Assembly: GCA_046497565.1 (NCBI GenBank) | Contig: JAWOFK010000073.1 | Span: forward strand, 36,810-100,809 | Direction of reading: 5' to 3' | Length of the DNA: 64,000 nt | DNA from: Dehalococcoidia bacterium | GTDB lineage: Bacteria; Chloroflexota; Dehalococcoidia; GIF9; AB-539-J10 | Shown here: positions 30,061 to 39,754 of the stretch, piece by piece | Layout of the letters: every line of letters begins with the position of its first letter | Numbering within the stretch: position 1 is the stretch's first letter | The notes under the pieces: generated by a model | The model's input: the letters and a program-made list of their open reading frames with translations, nothing else | What the model was told of the DNA's origin: nothing | The model's database searches: none | Translations under genes and position numbers: made by a program

Positions 30061-31233
30061 CTAAATTGGTATGGTCTCCCTGGAACTGTCTTTTACAACT
30101 TCTGAAATATCTTTAACAATCAGTCTCTCTTCTATGCCCTCGTCCTTTATCGCTTCGCCAAGCATTACAGCACAAGTTGGGCAGGCCACCGCTAAGATGT
30201 CGGCCCCACTTTCATCGGCTTCTCTGACCCTGATTCTGGAGGGGCTATTTTCCCTGCCGCCAAAAAAATCGGTGTAGAAATTGCCGCTGCCCCCGCCGCA
30301 GCAGAAGGAATTCTGGCGATTCCTTTCCATCTCTACCATCTCGACGCCCGGGATTGCCCTCAGTATCTCACGGGGCGCTTCATACTCTCCGGCGTGTCTT
30401 CCCAGAAAACACGGGTCGTGGTAGGTCACTTTCACGTTCAGCTTTAAGGCTGGCTTCAGTCTTCCCCGTTTAATGAGGTCACGAAGTATCTGAGTATAGT
30501 GAAATACTTCAAATCCATCCCCGTATTCATTTCGGAAAACATTGAGGGAATGAGGGGACAGCGTTATAACCTTCTTGACGCCGGCCTGCTGGAAAATGGC
30601 GGTGTTCCTGTCTCTTAACGTCTCAAAAATACGGCTCTCGCCCAGCATGCGGATTTCATTGCCATCGCACTCTTCGGCCGGACCTAGTATGCCAAACGAA
30701 ACACCCGCCTTGAGAAGCAATCCGCCCACTGCTTGAGCAGCCCTCTGCGCCTTCTCATCAAAAGAGCCAACACAGCCAACGTAGAAGAGAAACTCCTGGC
30801 CCTTATAAGGCTCTATCCCCATACCTTCAGCCCACAGGCCTCGCTTCTCTCTCAGTTCCCGGTAGGGATTGCCGTAGGCTTCAATATTGCGGAAAAAGCG
30901 CGCCACTTTGGGAGTAACCAGTCCGTTATTCACCATCTCTTCTCTGGCCGCTATTACCATATCGACAATATCTTCGTTAAAGGAGAACTTGCAGCTCTGG
31001 ACGCAGTTATTGCAGGTGGTGCAGGAGCAGAGTATTTTGCCCAGCGACTCGGACCATTCTATTTCTTTTTCCTCCCAGGCCCGAATGAGCCAGAGCAGGC
31101 CACCCGGCGAGTAGCTCTTCAGGCGGAACCTGTTGTAGATGGGGCAGTTAAATGCCGAATAGTCTACGGTCAGCTGGCAATACCCGCAGCCAAAGCATCT
31201 ATGGATTAGGTCTCTGTAATCTTCCAGGGAAAT
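30061..31233 (-). CDS. Fe-S oxidoreductase subunit (GlcF/HdrD/LutA-like: 2x [4Fe-4S] ferredoxin motifs + two CCG cysteine-rich domains); no canonical start codon
   Basis: Minus-strand frame open from directly after the TAG of the upstream gene, with no ATG/GTG/TTG until 30960. Reads …HRCFGCGYCQ…NCP…CSCTTCNNCVQSC…, then CCG motifs (CFLGRH…, CCGGGSG…, CPTCAVM). Confidence 0.65.
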   Translation of the reverse strand: MSLEDYRDLIHRCFGCGYCQLTVDYSAFNCPIYNRFRLKSYSPGGLLWLIRAWEEKEIEWSESLGKILCSCTTCNNCVQSCKFSFNEDIVDMVIAAREEMVNNGLVTPKVARFFRNIEAYGNPYRELREKRGLWAEGMGIEPYKGQEFLFYVGCVGSFDEKAQRAAQAVGGLLLKAGVSFGILGPAEECDGNEIRMLGESRIFETLRDRNTAIFQQAGVKKVITLSPHSLNVFRNEYGDGFEVFHYTQILRDLIKRGRLKPALKLNVKVTYHDPCFLGRHAGEYEAPREILRAIPGVEMVEMERNRQNSFCCGGGSGNFYTDFFGGRENSPSRIRVREADESGADILAVACPTCAVMLGEAIKDEGIEERLIVKDISEVVKDSSRETIPI

Positions 31234-32613
31234 CTAGCTCACCTCCCAGTTTCCCGGATTCATGATGCCGTTCGGGTCCAGCACCTTCTTCATTCTGCCT
31301 ATCAAGTGACGCGTGCCGGCGTCCATTCTCTCCAGGATGAGCTTCTGCGCCGGCAGTTCCGGTTTCCAGACCACCCCACCCAACTCCAGCGTCAGGCGGT
31401 TGGACTCATCAAGGGCGCCTCTGGCCCTCTCCGCCTCGTCCGCAACGGCCCGGTTGAAAGGGTAAGAGTAGGCGAGCATAACGCTGTGGCCGTTGGGCAA
31501 CAGCTGTATTCCCAACTGGTAAAACAGGTCATACTTGTGGGCAATCTCAATCCCGCTCTGCCAGGCCCGGGGTATCGCCTCTACGGGCAGTATGGCTCCT
31601 GTGTATTCAAAGCCGCCGCCTTTCCTGAAATCGGCCGCGGTGGCGGCAAATGGAGGCACGCCCAGAAACCTCTCCCGCAGCGGCGTCAGCGCCGGCTCCT
31701 CGTCTACCGGCCACACCCTGTCCTGGTACCTCTGGAAAATCTCGTTATGCACTCCCTTCTTGACCTCAAACTCCGCCTGCGACTGCCCGGAGATGTCAAT
31801 AATATAGTATATGCGCTGCGCCCACCTCGGCTTCTCCTGGGTGATAATGAAGCAGTTCTCCAGCAGGTTAACCTGGCTCAGCTCGGTGATAATCTCCGGA
31901 ATCAGCTCAGTGCTATCGGAAACGAACAGCAAAAGGTCCCGGTAATCAGGTTTGGGGAAGAGCTGCATTGACAGCTTGGTGACGATACCGGTCGTCCCCA
32001 GCCAGCCCAGGAACAGACCCATAAGGTCGGGGAGGGGGTCCCGGCTAAACCATTTGGGACTTATTGAGCTTGAGCCCAGCTTGCATACCTCACCGGTGGG
32101 CAAAACCACCTCCATGCCGTTGACCATCTGTGAGTTAACACCGTACCTTGGCGTCAGGTGTCCGTGCCCCTGAATCAATATGTTGCCGACTATGGTAGCA
32201 GTGGGGGGTGCCTCCGGGGTTGAGTGCTGGAGGTGGGGATGATGCTTCTCAAGGTAGGCCCTGAGGGCCGCCTGGGTGACGCCGGCCTCGATTACGGCGT
32301 AACGGCTGGCTTCATTCACCTCTAATATGGTATCCATTCTCTTCATGTCCAGTACAATGCCACCTCTCAGAGGAACGGTCAGGGCCGACAGGGTCAGCCC
32401 CGCCCCCATCGGAGTGAGGGGGACCTTCTCCTGGTTTGCCAGCCTGACTATCTGCTGGACCTCGTCCACCGTTCGGGGCACCACCACATAGTCGGCCCGG
32501 CGCGGCTTCTGTGCTCCCGGGTCACGGGAATAGAGATACAGGTCTTCAGGACGGTTTGACACATAATCCTGGCCAACAATATCAATCAGCTGGCTCAGGA
32601 AGCCTTCTTGCAT
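31234..32613 (-). CDS. FAD-binding oxidoreductase (GlcD / D-lactate dehydrogenase-like FAD-linked oxidase)
   Basis: 459 aa; FAD-binding PCMH domain (…VVVPRTVDEVQQIVRLANQEKVPLTPMGAGL…) and C-terminal FAD-oxidase domain. Confidence 0.85.
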   Translation of the reverse strand: MQEGFLSQLIDIVGQDYVSNRPEDLYLYSRDPGAQKPRRADYVVVPRTVDEVQQIVRLANQEKVPLTPMGAGLTLSALTVPLRGGIVLDMKRMDTILEVNEASRYAVIEAGVTQAALRAYLEKHHPHLQHSTPEAPPTATIVGNILIQGHGHLTPRYGVNSQMVNGMEVVLPTGEVCKLGSSSISPKWFSRDPLPDLMGLFLGWLGTTGIVTKLSMQLFPKPDYRDLLLFVSDSTELIPEIITELSQVNLLENCFIITQEKPRWAQRIYYIIDISGQSQAEFEVKKGVHNEIFQRYQDRVWPVDEEPALTPLRERFLGVPPFAATAADFRKGGGFEYTGAILPVEAIPRAWQSGIEIAHKYDLFYQLGIQLLPNGHSVMLAYSYPFNRAVADEAERARGALDESNRLTLELGGVVWKPELPAQKLILERMDAGTRHLIGRMKKVLDPNGIMNPGNWEVS

Positions 32614-32819
32614 ATCTGCCTACATCCTAGCATACCACGGACTATTATCGAAATTCATGGCAAGAGCAAAACGCCATATGTGACATCTGTAGCAGGCCTA
32701 ACTGGCACGGTATTCCTGGAACTCCCACAAACGGCTTGCTGACGCTACTATAAGACTATCGGCGTAGCGTGTCTGATAAATCCATGATTTGACAATGCAA
32801 TCCGGCCATGACTATCAGC

Positions 32820-34130
32820 CTATAGTTCTGGCTTAACCACGTGCCTGTTCACCAGGTCCACCGTATCGCCGACATTTAGCTTCTTGAAGAGCAGGGCAAA
32901 ACGTTCCTCAAGTGCTTTACCTATCTTTCCCAGAACATCTTCAGGCAGATTCCAGAGCTCCTTTTTGAAATCGCCAAAGGCCTTCTTTCGGGTTTTGTAG
33001 ATGAACTGCTCGTCGGTGTCCCCTTCACTTCTCTCGTTGCCATATTGCTCGTGTAGATGCCGGTTGATTTCATCTCTCAGTTCTCGGGGGAAATCAGGGC
33101 TGTCATAGATGATATTCTGAAAGCCGGTTGCCAGATGAATTTCAGCACAGTCCACCTTGGGGAACATGTCGAAAGCTTCTTCCGGGAGCGTGGAAGCGCC
33201 ATGCTGGACCGCACCGGCCATGCCGTACTTTTCGCGCGCCATTGCAGACAGCTCTTGTAGCGCATTGAAGTCAATCTCCACCTGGGCAATGGAACCGTCG
33301 GGGAGTACGACTCCACCGTGAGTCGTCCCCGTCTGTACGCTGATTTTGGAAATTCCCTTGATGCCCGTACCCAGCCGCGAGAGGTAGCCGGACATGAAAG
33401 CCTGCAGCTCTTCAACCGTGCTGTTCTCTTTACCTACTTCGCCAATTTCACCACCAATCGATATCGTTACCCCCTCCGGTTCTATAGTCCGTATGAACTT
33501 CGTCATCTCGCCCGTCACCAGGCAGTTTTCCTCTTGCTGCTTCTCAAGGTCAGGCTTCTCTATATCGACAAGCGTCGAGGCATCGATATCAATATTGAAA
33601 AACATGGCGTCTATCGCTTCTCTTACCAGGCTCCTCACCGCTTCCATCTCCTCTCCCGGGTCTGACTGATACCGCCTGCGTCTGAATTGAAAATGGTCAC
33701 CCTGTAGGAAGACCGGGCCATTGAACTCTTCCCTGAGTGCCGCGGCAAGCACGCAGGCTGCGTATTCGCCGGGCCTTTGCCCGGTATAACCTATCTCAGA
33801 CCGGGCTATCTCAAAGATAAAAGCCCCAACAGAGTGCTGCATAGCCGCTCTAAATACGGCTCTAGCTACATCATAGGTAATACCGCGGATATTTATTGCC
33901 GGCACGGTGATGCCGGAATACAGGTATTTTCCCCTTGCTTCATACAAGCCCTGAATGCTGGCGGGGAAAATACCCTCTTTTGTCGCCGTCTCGGCAATCT
34001 GCCGCCATGCGCTTTCCCCGACACCATCTGCCCCAAAGACGGCATCCCTCACCAGATGGTCGATTTTCTCACGAGCCAGCTTACCTGAGCTCGTTCTTCT
34101 TGCCCCTGACTTCCGGTTTGCATTCATCAA
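32820..34130 (-). CDS. fba: class II fructose-bisphosphate aldolase (long ketose-bisphosphate aldolase form)
   Basis: 436 aa; class II aldolase TIM-barrel motifs (…VPAINIRGITYD…, …HGASTLPEE…). Confidence 0.8.
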   Translation of the reverse strand: MMNANRKSGARRTSSGKLAREKIDHLVRDAVFGADGVGESAWRQIAETATKEGIFPASIQGLYEARGKYLYSGITVPAINIRGITYDVARAVFRAAMQHSVGAFIFEIARSEIGYTGQRPGEYAACVLAAALREEFNGPVFLQGDHFQFRRRRYQSDPGEEMEAVRSLVREAIDAMFFNIDIDASTLVDIEKPDLEKQQEENCLVTGEMTKFIRTIEPEGVTISIGGEIGEVGKENSTVEELQAFMSGYLSRLGTGIKGISKISVQTGTTHGGVVLPDGSIAQVEIDFNALQELSAMAREKYGMAGAVQHGASTLPEEAFDMFPKVDCAEIHLATGFQNIIYDSPDFPRELRDEINRHLHEQYGNERSEGDTDEQFIYKTRKKAFGDFKKELWNLPEDVLGKIGKALEERFALLFKKLNVGDTVDLVNRHVVKPEL

Positions 34131-34141
34131 TCTCCCTCCTT

Positions 34142-35251
34142 TCAGGTCGAGCGCGACTCAGTGAGAATAGTCCGGCGCCCGTTGTACCTTTCAACGTCGT
34201 ATAGTCTGCTGACATCGACTTGCTTTAGCCTGCCGATAACCTTGTCCAGCGGGCAGGCTGTGACCCGTCCCTCCCTATAGCAGACCATTTTGCCAAATTC
34301 TCCGGCATGGACCAGGTCAACCGCAGCAATCCCGAAGTACCTGCCCATTCGGCGGTCATAAGCGCAAGGCGCACCACCGCGCTGGAGGTGGCTCAGCACA
34401 ACACAGCGTGTCTCCAGACCGGTGCCATCCTCTATGCCGTGCGCCAGAAAATCGCCGATGCCGCCCAGCACTTTGTGACCGAAGGCATCCAGACGCACTT
34501 CCCGGGTAAACTCGGTATAGCCTGCAGGTTTAGCGCCCTCAGAAACCAGAACAACATCGTACCTGGTCCCAGCCTGCCGACCTTCCAGGACGAGTTCGTT
34601 CACCTTATTAATAGAGAAGTCATGCTCGGGGATGAGAATGATGTAGGCTCCGCTGGACTCCCCGCCTTCCAGAGCAAGCCAGCCGGCATGTCTTCCCATT
34701 GTCTCCACCACGAATATCCTCTTATGAGATCCGGCAGTTGTCCTCAAGCGGTCGACTTCCTGGGTGATGACCTCTAACGCCGTTTCAAAGCCAAGAGTAT
34801 ACTCGGTTTCGCAGAGGTCCTTGTCAATCGTTTTGGGGATGCCGATAACGTTTATCCCTTCTTCAGCCAGCCTGTGCGCGACCCCCAGAGTATCGTCGCC
34901 ACCTATAGCTATCAGGGCGTCAAGGCCCAGCTTGTCGATATTATTTATCACCAGTTTTGAACGGTCACTCTCTCGTTCATAAGGGTTTGTTCGCGATGTG
35001 CCAAGCATGGTGCCGCCATATCTGTCCCAGGTTCTCACCACCGCCGGGTCCAGTGACACCAGGTATTCCCGGGAAGGCTCAGGCTGCGCCAGTCCCTCCC
35101 AGCCATCCCTGATCCCCACGACTTCATAGCGGATACCTCTCTCTTTGTGTACCCGCTCATCCATCGCTGTTTTCACCACCCACTTGATGGCCGGATTTAT
35201 GCCGGCACAATCGCCGCCGCCGCTGAGAATACCTATTCTGCTCTTTTGCAC
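34142..35251 (-). CDS. pfkA: 6-phosphofructokinase (ATP- or PPi-dependent PFK-A family)
   Basis: GILSGGGDCAGINPAI N-terminus, GGDDT, MGR motifs. Confidence 0.9.
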   Translation of the reverse strand: MQKSRIGILSGGGDCAGINPAIKWVVKTAMDERVHKERGIRYEVVGIRDGWEGLAQPEPSREYLVSLDPAVVRTWDRYGGTMLGTSRTNPYERESDRSKLVINNIDKLGLDALIAIGGDDTLGVAHRLAEEGINVIGIPKTIDKDLCETEYTLGFETALEVITQEVDRLRTTAGSHKRIFVVETMGRHAGWLALEGGESSGAYIILIPEHDFSINKVNELVLEGRQAGTRYDVVLVSEGAKPAGYTEFTREVRLDAFGHKVLGGIGDFLAHGIEDGTGLETRCVVLSHLQRGGAPCAYDRRMGRYFGIAAVDLVHAGEFGKMVCYREGRVTACPLDKVIGRLKQVDVSRLYDVERYNGRRTILTESRST

Positions 35252-35532
35252 TAGCAGTTGACACCCCTCCTTAATATCCGCCTGACCTGCACCGGGTTAC
35301 ACTGGCTGCCATTTTGCCTCTCTCGCCTCAGTAGCGCTAGACGCCAGGCAAGCATGCTATGCAGCCGATTTCAATTTTATCCCTTTCTCCATTCTTTTAT
35401 CAACAACTTCTTCTCCAAAGTGAACGTCTCTCTCCTGCTTGGCGGCTCACGCCCCGAACGACCGGTTTCCCTGCGCAACAGCCATCTGGTGCAACTCATT
35501 GGCAGCCCGGTAGCCTATCTGGTATCCATGGC

Positions 35533-36924
35533 CTACCACCACTCAATAATGGAGCCCCTTCTCTTCAGTGCGATCCCTTCCGCCGTCTCCAGTCCTCTTA
35601 CCCAATCGCCTAACCCGCAGGCATGATGGATGATCAGCGGAATGCTACGCCTGGGAAGAATATCCCGATTCAGACCGTAAGCGAATATTATGCTAACTGT
35701 CTCGCGCTCGGTCTCCGCGGAATCCCAGGGGGTAGGGTATATGAAGCCATGACTTGCCCCGTCGCCGGTTGCATAGAACCAGTTGTCCGGGAACTCTTCT
35801 TTCAGCTGCCTCATCAGCCTGATGGCAGCCAGGTTTGTATCGACGGCATAGCCCTTATTCAGATTCCTCAAGATAGAGTCGGCGAAGGATTCAAAGCCTA
35901 CCGCTGACATAAGGATATGTGCTTTCATAGCCCTGGCCAACTCCAGAACAACCCGAAGTTTCTCTTCGCCCATTATCAGCCAGTCAGCCCGGCTGACCAG
36001 GTCTATCCGAGCAATCCTGATCCCCTGCTGTCTAATAGCTGACAGCAAATCAGGCAGAGTGGCCAGTGATGCCTCATTTATCAACTCGAAGGGGATTTTT
36101 CTTCCCTCCGCATCGTCGGGCAAATTGATTATCTGGGCCAGCACATTATCAAGTGGCAGCTTACCGCCAAACCCCTTATCCCGGGCTACATCACAGAAGC
36201 TACAACCCCGCAGGCCGAGGGATATCCGGCCTCTCTTGTCGAAGGGCGCGTCTTTCAAGTTAGTTGGATAATCAACGCTGACCCTCACCATCCTGGCAGC
36301 ATAAGGACACCCAATCTGTTGTACCACCTGAGCACTGGTTACAGACACCGGCTCCAGTCCCGATGGGCCCGGCCGGTACAGATTCCCCCAGTTTACCTTC
36401 CTCAGAAAATCCCCATTCCACCTGTCCCGCTCATTGATCCGGCATTCGCCATTCTGAGTGCAAAGCGCCCCCGCGATGTTCTCAGGCACCTCTTTACCCT
36501 GAGAATCGATAAAGGGGATTAGCTGCTCAGCAGGTCCCTGGAGAGCAAGACTGAAGCTATCCCTTACCCCGGGAAACCGGTGAGGATGTCGTGCCCAACC
36601 TGTTTCTCCTGCATAGTCGACGTCGGCCTGAGGGCCACCCAGAATCGTTATAGCCCCTTCCGCCTTCAGCTCCCCGGCCAGCTCCCAGAGCTCAGGACGG
36701 CCTCCCAGGCTGCTGAAGCCAATAATCGGTCTTTCGCTGCCAAAGAGCTCAATTACATTCTTCTTAACGGTGTCCTTATCAAAATCATGACCTACTGCTA
36801 CCACCACACACTCATAGTCGGTATTGTCCTCGATAATGGTAGCTGCCATCTGCGGACCCAACAAGCCATAGCCTTCCTCAATATCAGCGCAGTTGGCCAG
36901 GATAACCATTATCTTCTTACTCAT
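35533..36924 (-). CDS. B12-binding-domain / radical-SAM-like protein with degenerate cysteine motif
   Basis: N-terminal region resembles the cobalamin-binding Rossmann domain of class B radical SAM enzymes (…AITILGGPQADV…). The position of the CxxxCxxC motif reads LRGCSFCDV, i.e. only CxxC. Confidence 0.45.
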   Translation of the reverse strand: MSKKIMVILANCADIEEGYGLLGPQMAATIIEDNTDYECVVVAVGHDFDKDTVKKNVIELFGSERPIIGFSSLGGRPELWELAGELKAEGAITILGGPQADVDYAGETGWARHPHRFPGVRDSFSLALQGPAEQLIPFIDSQGKEVPENIAGALCTQNGECRINERDRWNGDFLRKVNWGNLYRPGPSGLEPVSVTSAQVVQQIGCPYAARMVRVSVDYPTNLKDAPFDKRGRISLGLRGCSFCDVARDKGFGGKLPLDNVLAQIINLPDDAEGRKIPFELINEASLATLPDLLSAIRQQGIRIARIDLVSRADWLIMGEEKLRVVLELARAMKAHILMSAVGFESFADSILRNLNKGYAVDTNLAAIRLMRQLKEEFPDNWFYATGDGASHGFIYPTPWDSAETERETVSIIFAYGLNRDILPRRSIPLIIHHACGLGDWVRGLETAEGIALKRRGSIIEWW

Positions 36925-37048
36925 TGGCCCCTATTACATGATAAGCCGGACGTCCCATATAGTACCTGTCAGGCACCGGCTATATCAAGGAAAGGTCTCA
37001 GTAATTTGTCGCCCTCCCGCTCTATTGCTCTCTCGCTCCGGATGCCCG

Positions 37049-38017
37049 CTATGACAAAGGAATCGGGAAAAACCTGTTGAACAGGGAGATGAATGCCGGG
37101 ATGGAGAATATGGACGCTATAAAACTGGCAAGGACAAACTGGCTGCCTATCTTCCGATTCCCTCCGCATCGCTCAACCAGGATAGGTATTGCTGTAATGG
37201 GGGGTACAGCAGCCTGAAGTATTACAATAAGGGCGATACCAAAATCAGGGCGGAGCCAGAGTAATAGGGCGAGAAAGACCAGGGGAAATACGATATTCTT
37301 CATCACGACGAACTTGACAACTTCCACGGTGTACCACCTCTTCTCATTGTCTGCTTTGTACATGAAATCGTTATAAATGTTCCCGCCAAGTATCAGCATA
37401 AAGAGCGGCGTGGCAATGGCTCCGACCATGGTCACAATAGTGACAAAGAAATCAGGTACGTAGTCCCTGGCAGAGACAAGGCCGATGACCAGGCCTGCGA
37501 TGGTAGCCACCAGCACGGGATTCACGATTCTGCGCCAGCTTAGCTTTTCCTTCTGAATGCCTCCACTGAAGAACAAGCTATATGTGCTGAACACCATCGA
37601 AGGATAGAATATCATGAACAGAAAAAGCGGCACCAGATAGGCATTACCCTGACCGAAAATGCCCGCGAGAATCAATATGGGGAAGAAAAGCCCGTTCTGA
37701 TACAAGAGGCTGATGGTGAATTCGCCGCGTATCTCCTTTCTCACCAGGAAGGATGCCGATAGCGAAAGTGCCAGTGCCACGATGGTAAAACCCAGCCACC
37801 ACAGCGGCATATGCCACCAGTCCGGATACTCCTGCGGTGAGAAATTCGATATCAGATTGCCGAGCACAAGCAAAGGCAAGGATATATCAATGGCCAGTGA
37901 CGACAGAAAAGCTAGCGTGTCGGACGGCACTCGTTTTCTACCGATAATCCAGAAGCCCAGTACACCTATGCCCAGGAGTGCGAATACCGCCTGTAAGGTA
38001 ACCAGAAAGATGTCCAT
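37049..38017 (-). CDS. AEC (auxin efflux carrier) family permease
   Basis: 322 aa, about 10 TM helices, two-repeat architecture typical of AEC/malate permeases. Confidence 0.8.
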   Translation of the reverse strand: MDIFLVTLQAVFALLGIGVLGFWIIGRKRVPSDTLAFLSSLAIDISLPLLVLGNLISNFSPQEYPDWWHMPLWWLGFTIVALALSLSASFLVRKEIRGEFTISLLYQNGLFFPILILAGIFGQGNAYLVPLFLFMIFYPSMVFSTYSLFFSGGIQKEKLSWRRIVNPVLVATIAGLVIGLVSARDYVPDFFVTIVTMVGAIATPLFMLILGGNIYNDFMYKADNEKRWYTVEVVKFVVMKNIVFPLVFLALLLWLRPDFGIALIVILQAAVPPITAIPILVERCGGNRKIGSQFVLASFIASIFSIPAFISLFNRFFPIPLS

Positions 38018-38430
38018 ATCTTTCCCATTCTATATGTCACGCAGGGCGTTGACAAGCTCCAATGGCAGCCTTCGCCCTGCTTCATTTTTCCCATAATGCT
38101 TCGACATAGGCAGCGGTTACGGCGCCAAAGACACCGGGGATAACTTGTGTGATTGTCTGCAAAGTCGTACAATATTCACCGGGCCATCTAATGTAGTTGC
38201 CCGATTTACTGGGCGCGCTCACAACGGGCAAGTTTATGTACAGATTACCCCTCTTAAGATAAGAGGGGTCAGGGGCGTTATGAATAAGGAGATAACCCCC
38301 CTTATTCCCCCCTTATTTTAAGGGGGGGATGTTGGAGGTGAAAATCCCGACGTGTCGGGACAAAATAGCCAAAATGGAACGGGAAAATCAAAACCAAACA
38401 GCCTGAATAAGAAAAGGAGGTAATTGAGCA

Positions 38431-38916
38431 ATGTCTGTCGCTTTTTCTGCCAGCGAACTAATCAACATAGCTATTGGCACTGAGAGAAGGGGGCTCGCCT
38501 TCTACGACGTCCTCACAAACTCGACCGATAGTGCTGAAGCTCGTAGCATCTTCCGGTATCTTGCCGATATGGAAAGAGAGCATATTCAGACCTTCCAGAA
38601 CATGTTAACCGAAGCAGACAAATACGAAATCACAGAGGCCTGTACCGAGGAATACGCTGCCTATCTTCGGGCACTGATTGACAGTGCTGTCTTCAGCGAT
38701 GACCTGGTCACCAGCGAAATGGCGACCGAGGCGGAGAGTGATATCAAGGCTCTGGAACTGGGCATAGGCGCCGAGAAGGATTCCATACTGTTCTACTACA
38801 CCATGAAAGAGATAATGCCTCAGCGAGCACAGTCAACGGTGGACAATATCATAGCTGAGGAGAAATCGCACGTCAGGCAGCTCTCCGAGTTGAAGCGGAA
38901 ACTGACTGTCTCCTGA
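38431..38916 (+). CDS. rubrerythrin-family ferritin-like diiron protein
   Basis: Two E…ExxH diiron half-sites (DMEREH, AEEKSH) in a four-helix-bundle-sized 161-aa protein; strong AAAGGAGG RBS. Confidence 0.7.
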   Translation: MSVAFSASELINIAIGTERRGLAFYDVLTNSTDSAEARSIFRYLADMEREHIQTFQNMLTEADKYEITEACTEEYAAYLRALIDSAVFSDDLVTSEMATEAESDIKALELGIGAEKDSILFYYTMKEIMPQRAQSTVDNIIAEEKSHVRQLSELKRKLTVS

Positions 38917-39754
38917 TGCTGCGGCGGCAACGAGGGCAGCACAAGCATATGGGTAATGCAGCTCAGCTAGCTCTCAACGGGAATCCGGAGAAGCCAGGCT
39001 GTTACGACAGGACTCTGACCCGATGTGCAGGGAGGGACCATGTCAATACTACGGGGAATCTTCACAAATATGTCGGTTAAAATGCCTCTCCGCAGAAAGC
39101 TCTATCTGGTTCTGCGCAACAATGCCATAAAGATAGCCAGGAGACAGCGCTGCTGCGGGCATCCCGGCGAACCCGGCTGCTGACAGGCGGCAAAGTGACC
39201 CTCTCGTGAAGAGGTCACACCTCCTCCCGGCATGTTTCCGGCAGTTACGACGCGAGCCTGAGGGACCATCGATTCTCGATTGTGAATCCAGCAATCCCAT
39301 GCCTGGCAGTGCCAGGATACGTAACAAGCACCCGTCTTGTTACCCACCTGGCCGGTAAGCCGTTATGGTCGGTTCCTCGTTTTGTATCGACCTAGACAAG
39401 CGCCTGTACGGAACCTCGTGTTCTTACCCAACAGAACTGACGTGTGCAATCTACTTCAAGCCGTGGCCACTAGATTCTCGCGGGGAATTGTTACAACACC
39501 ACTTTGCATTGCCAAGCGATACATCCTCCCCAACCAGAACTGGTGAAGGATTCAAGAGCTACGGGAAAGCTGGCCTGGTGAAGGAGTGAGTCATGGGCTC
39601 AGCTCTCTTTGTCAAACTGCGCACATTGTGGTACAGTTTAACTGGTTGGGAGGCGGTCCGGCAAGCAAGCCGAGTGGTGAATTCTCACCAACAAATCGAC
39701 ACAGCCATTCCTGGCAACAATTTCACCGGGTCTTCGTTAAAAAGGGAAAAGACA

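Noticed and set aside
30733-31209. + strand ORF 30733..31209 (158 aa)
   Set aside because: It lies antisense to the conserved ferredoxin/CCG region of the GlcF-like gene. The minus-strand frame gives textbook CxxCxxC…CP motifs, so the + strand ORF is spurious.
38221-38360. Possibility that the GC-rich inverted repeats here are a degenerate CRISPR array or a MITE
   Set aside because: The three hairpins have different sequences, and there are no regularly spaced identical repeats. The only direct repeat is an 11-bp duplication inside a hairpin arm. I treated it as a regulatory leader instead (see findings).
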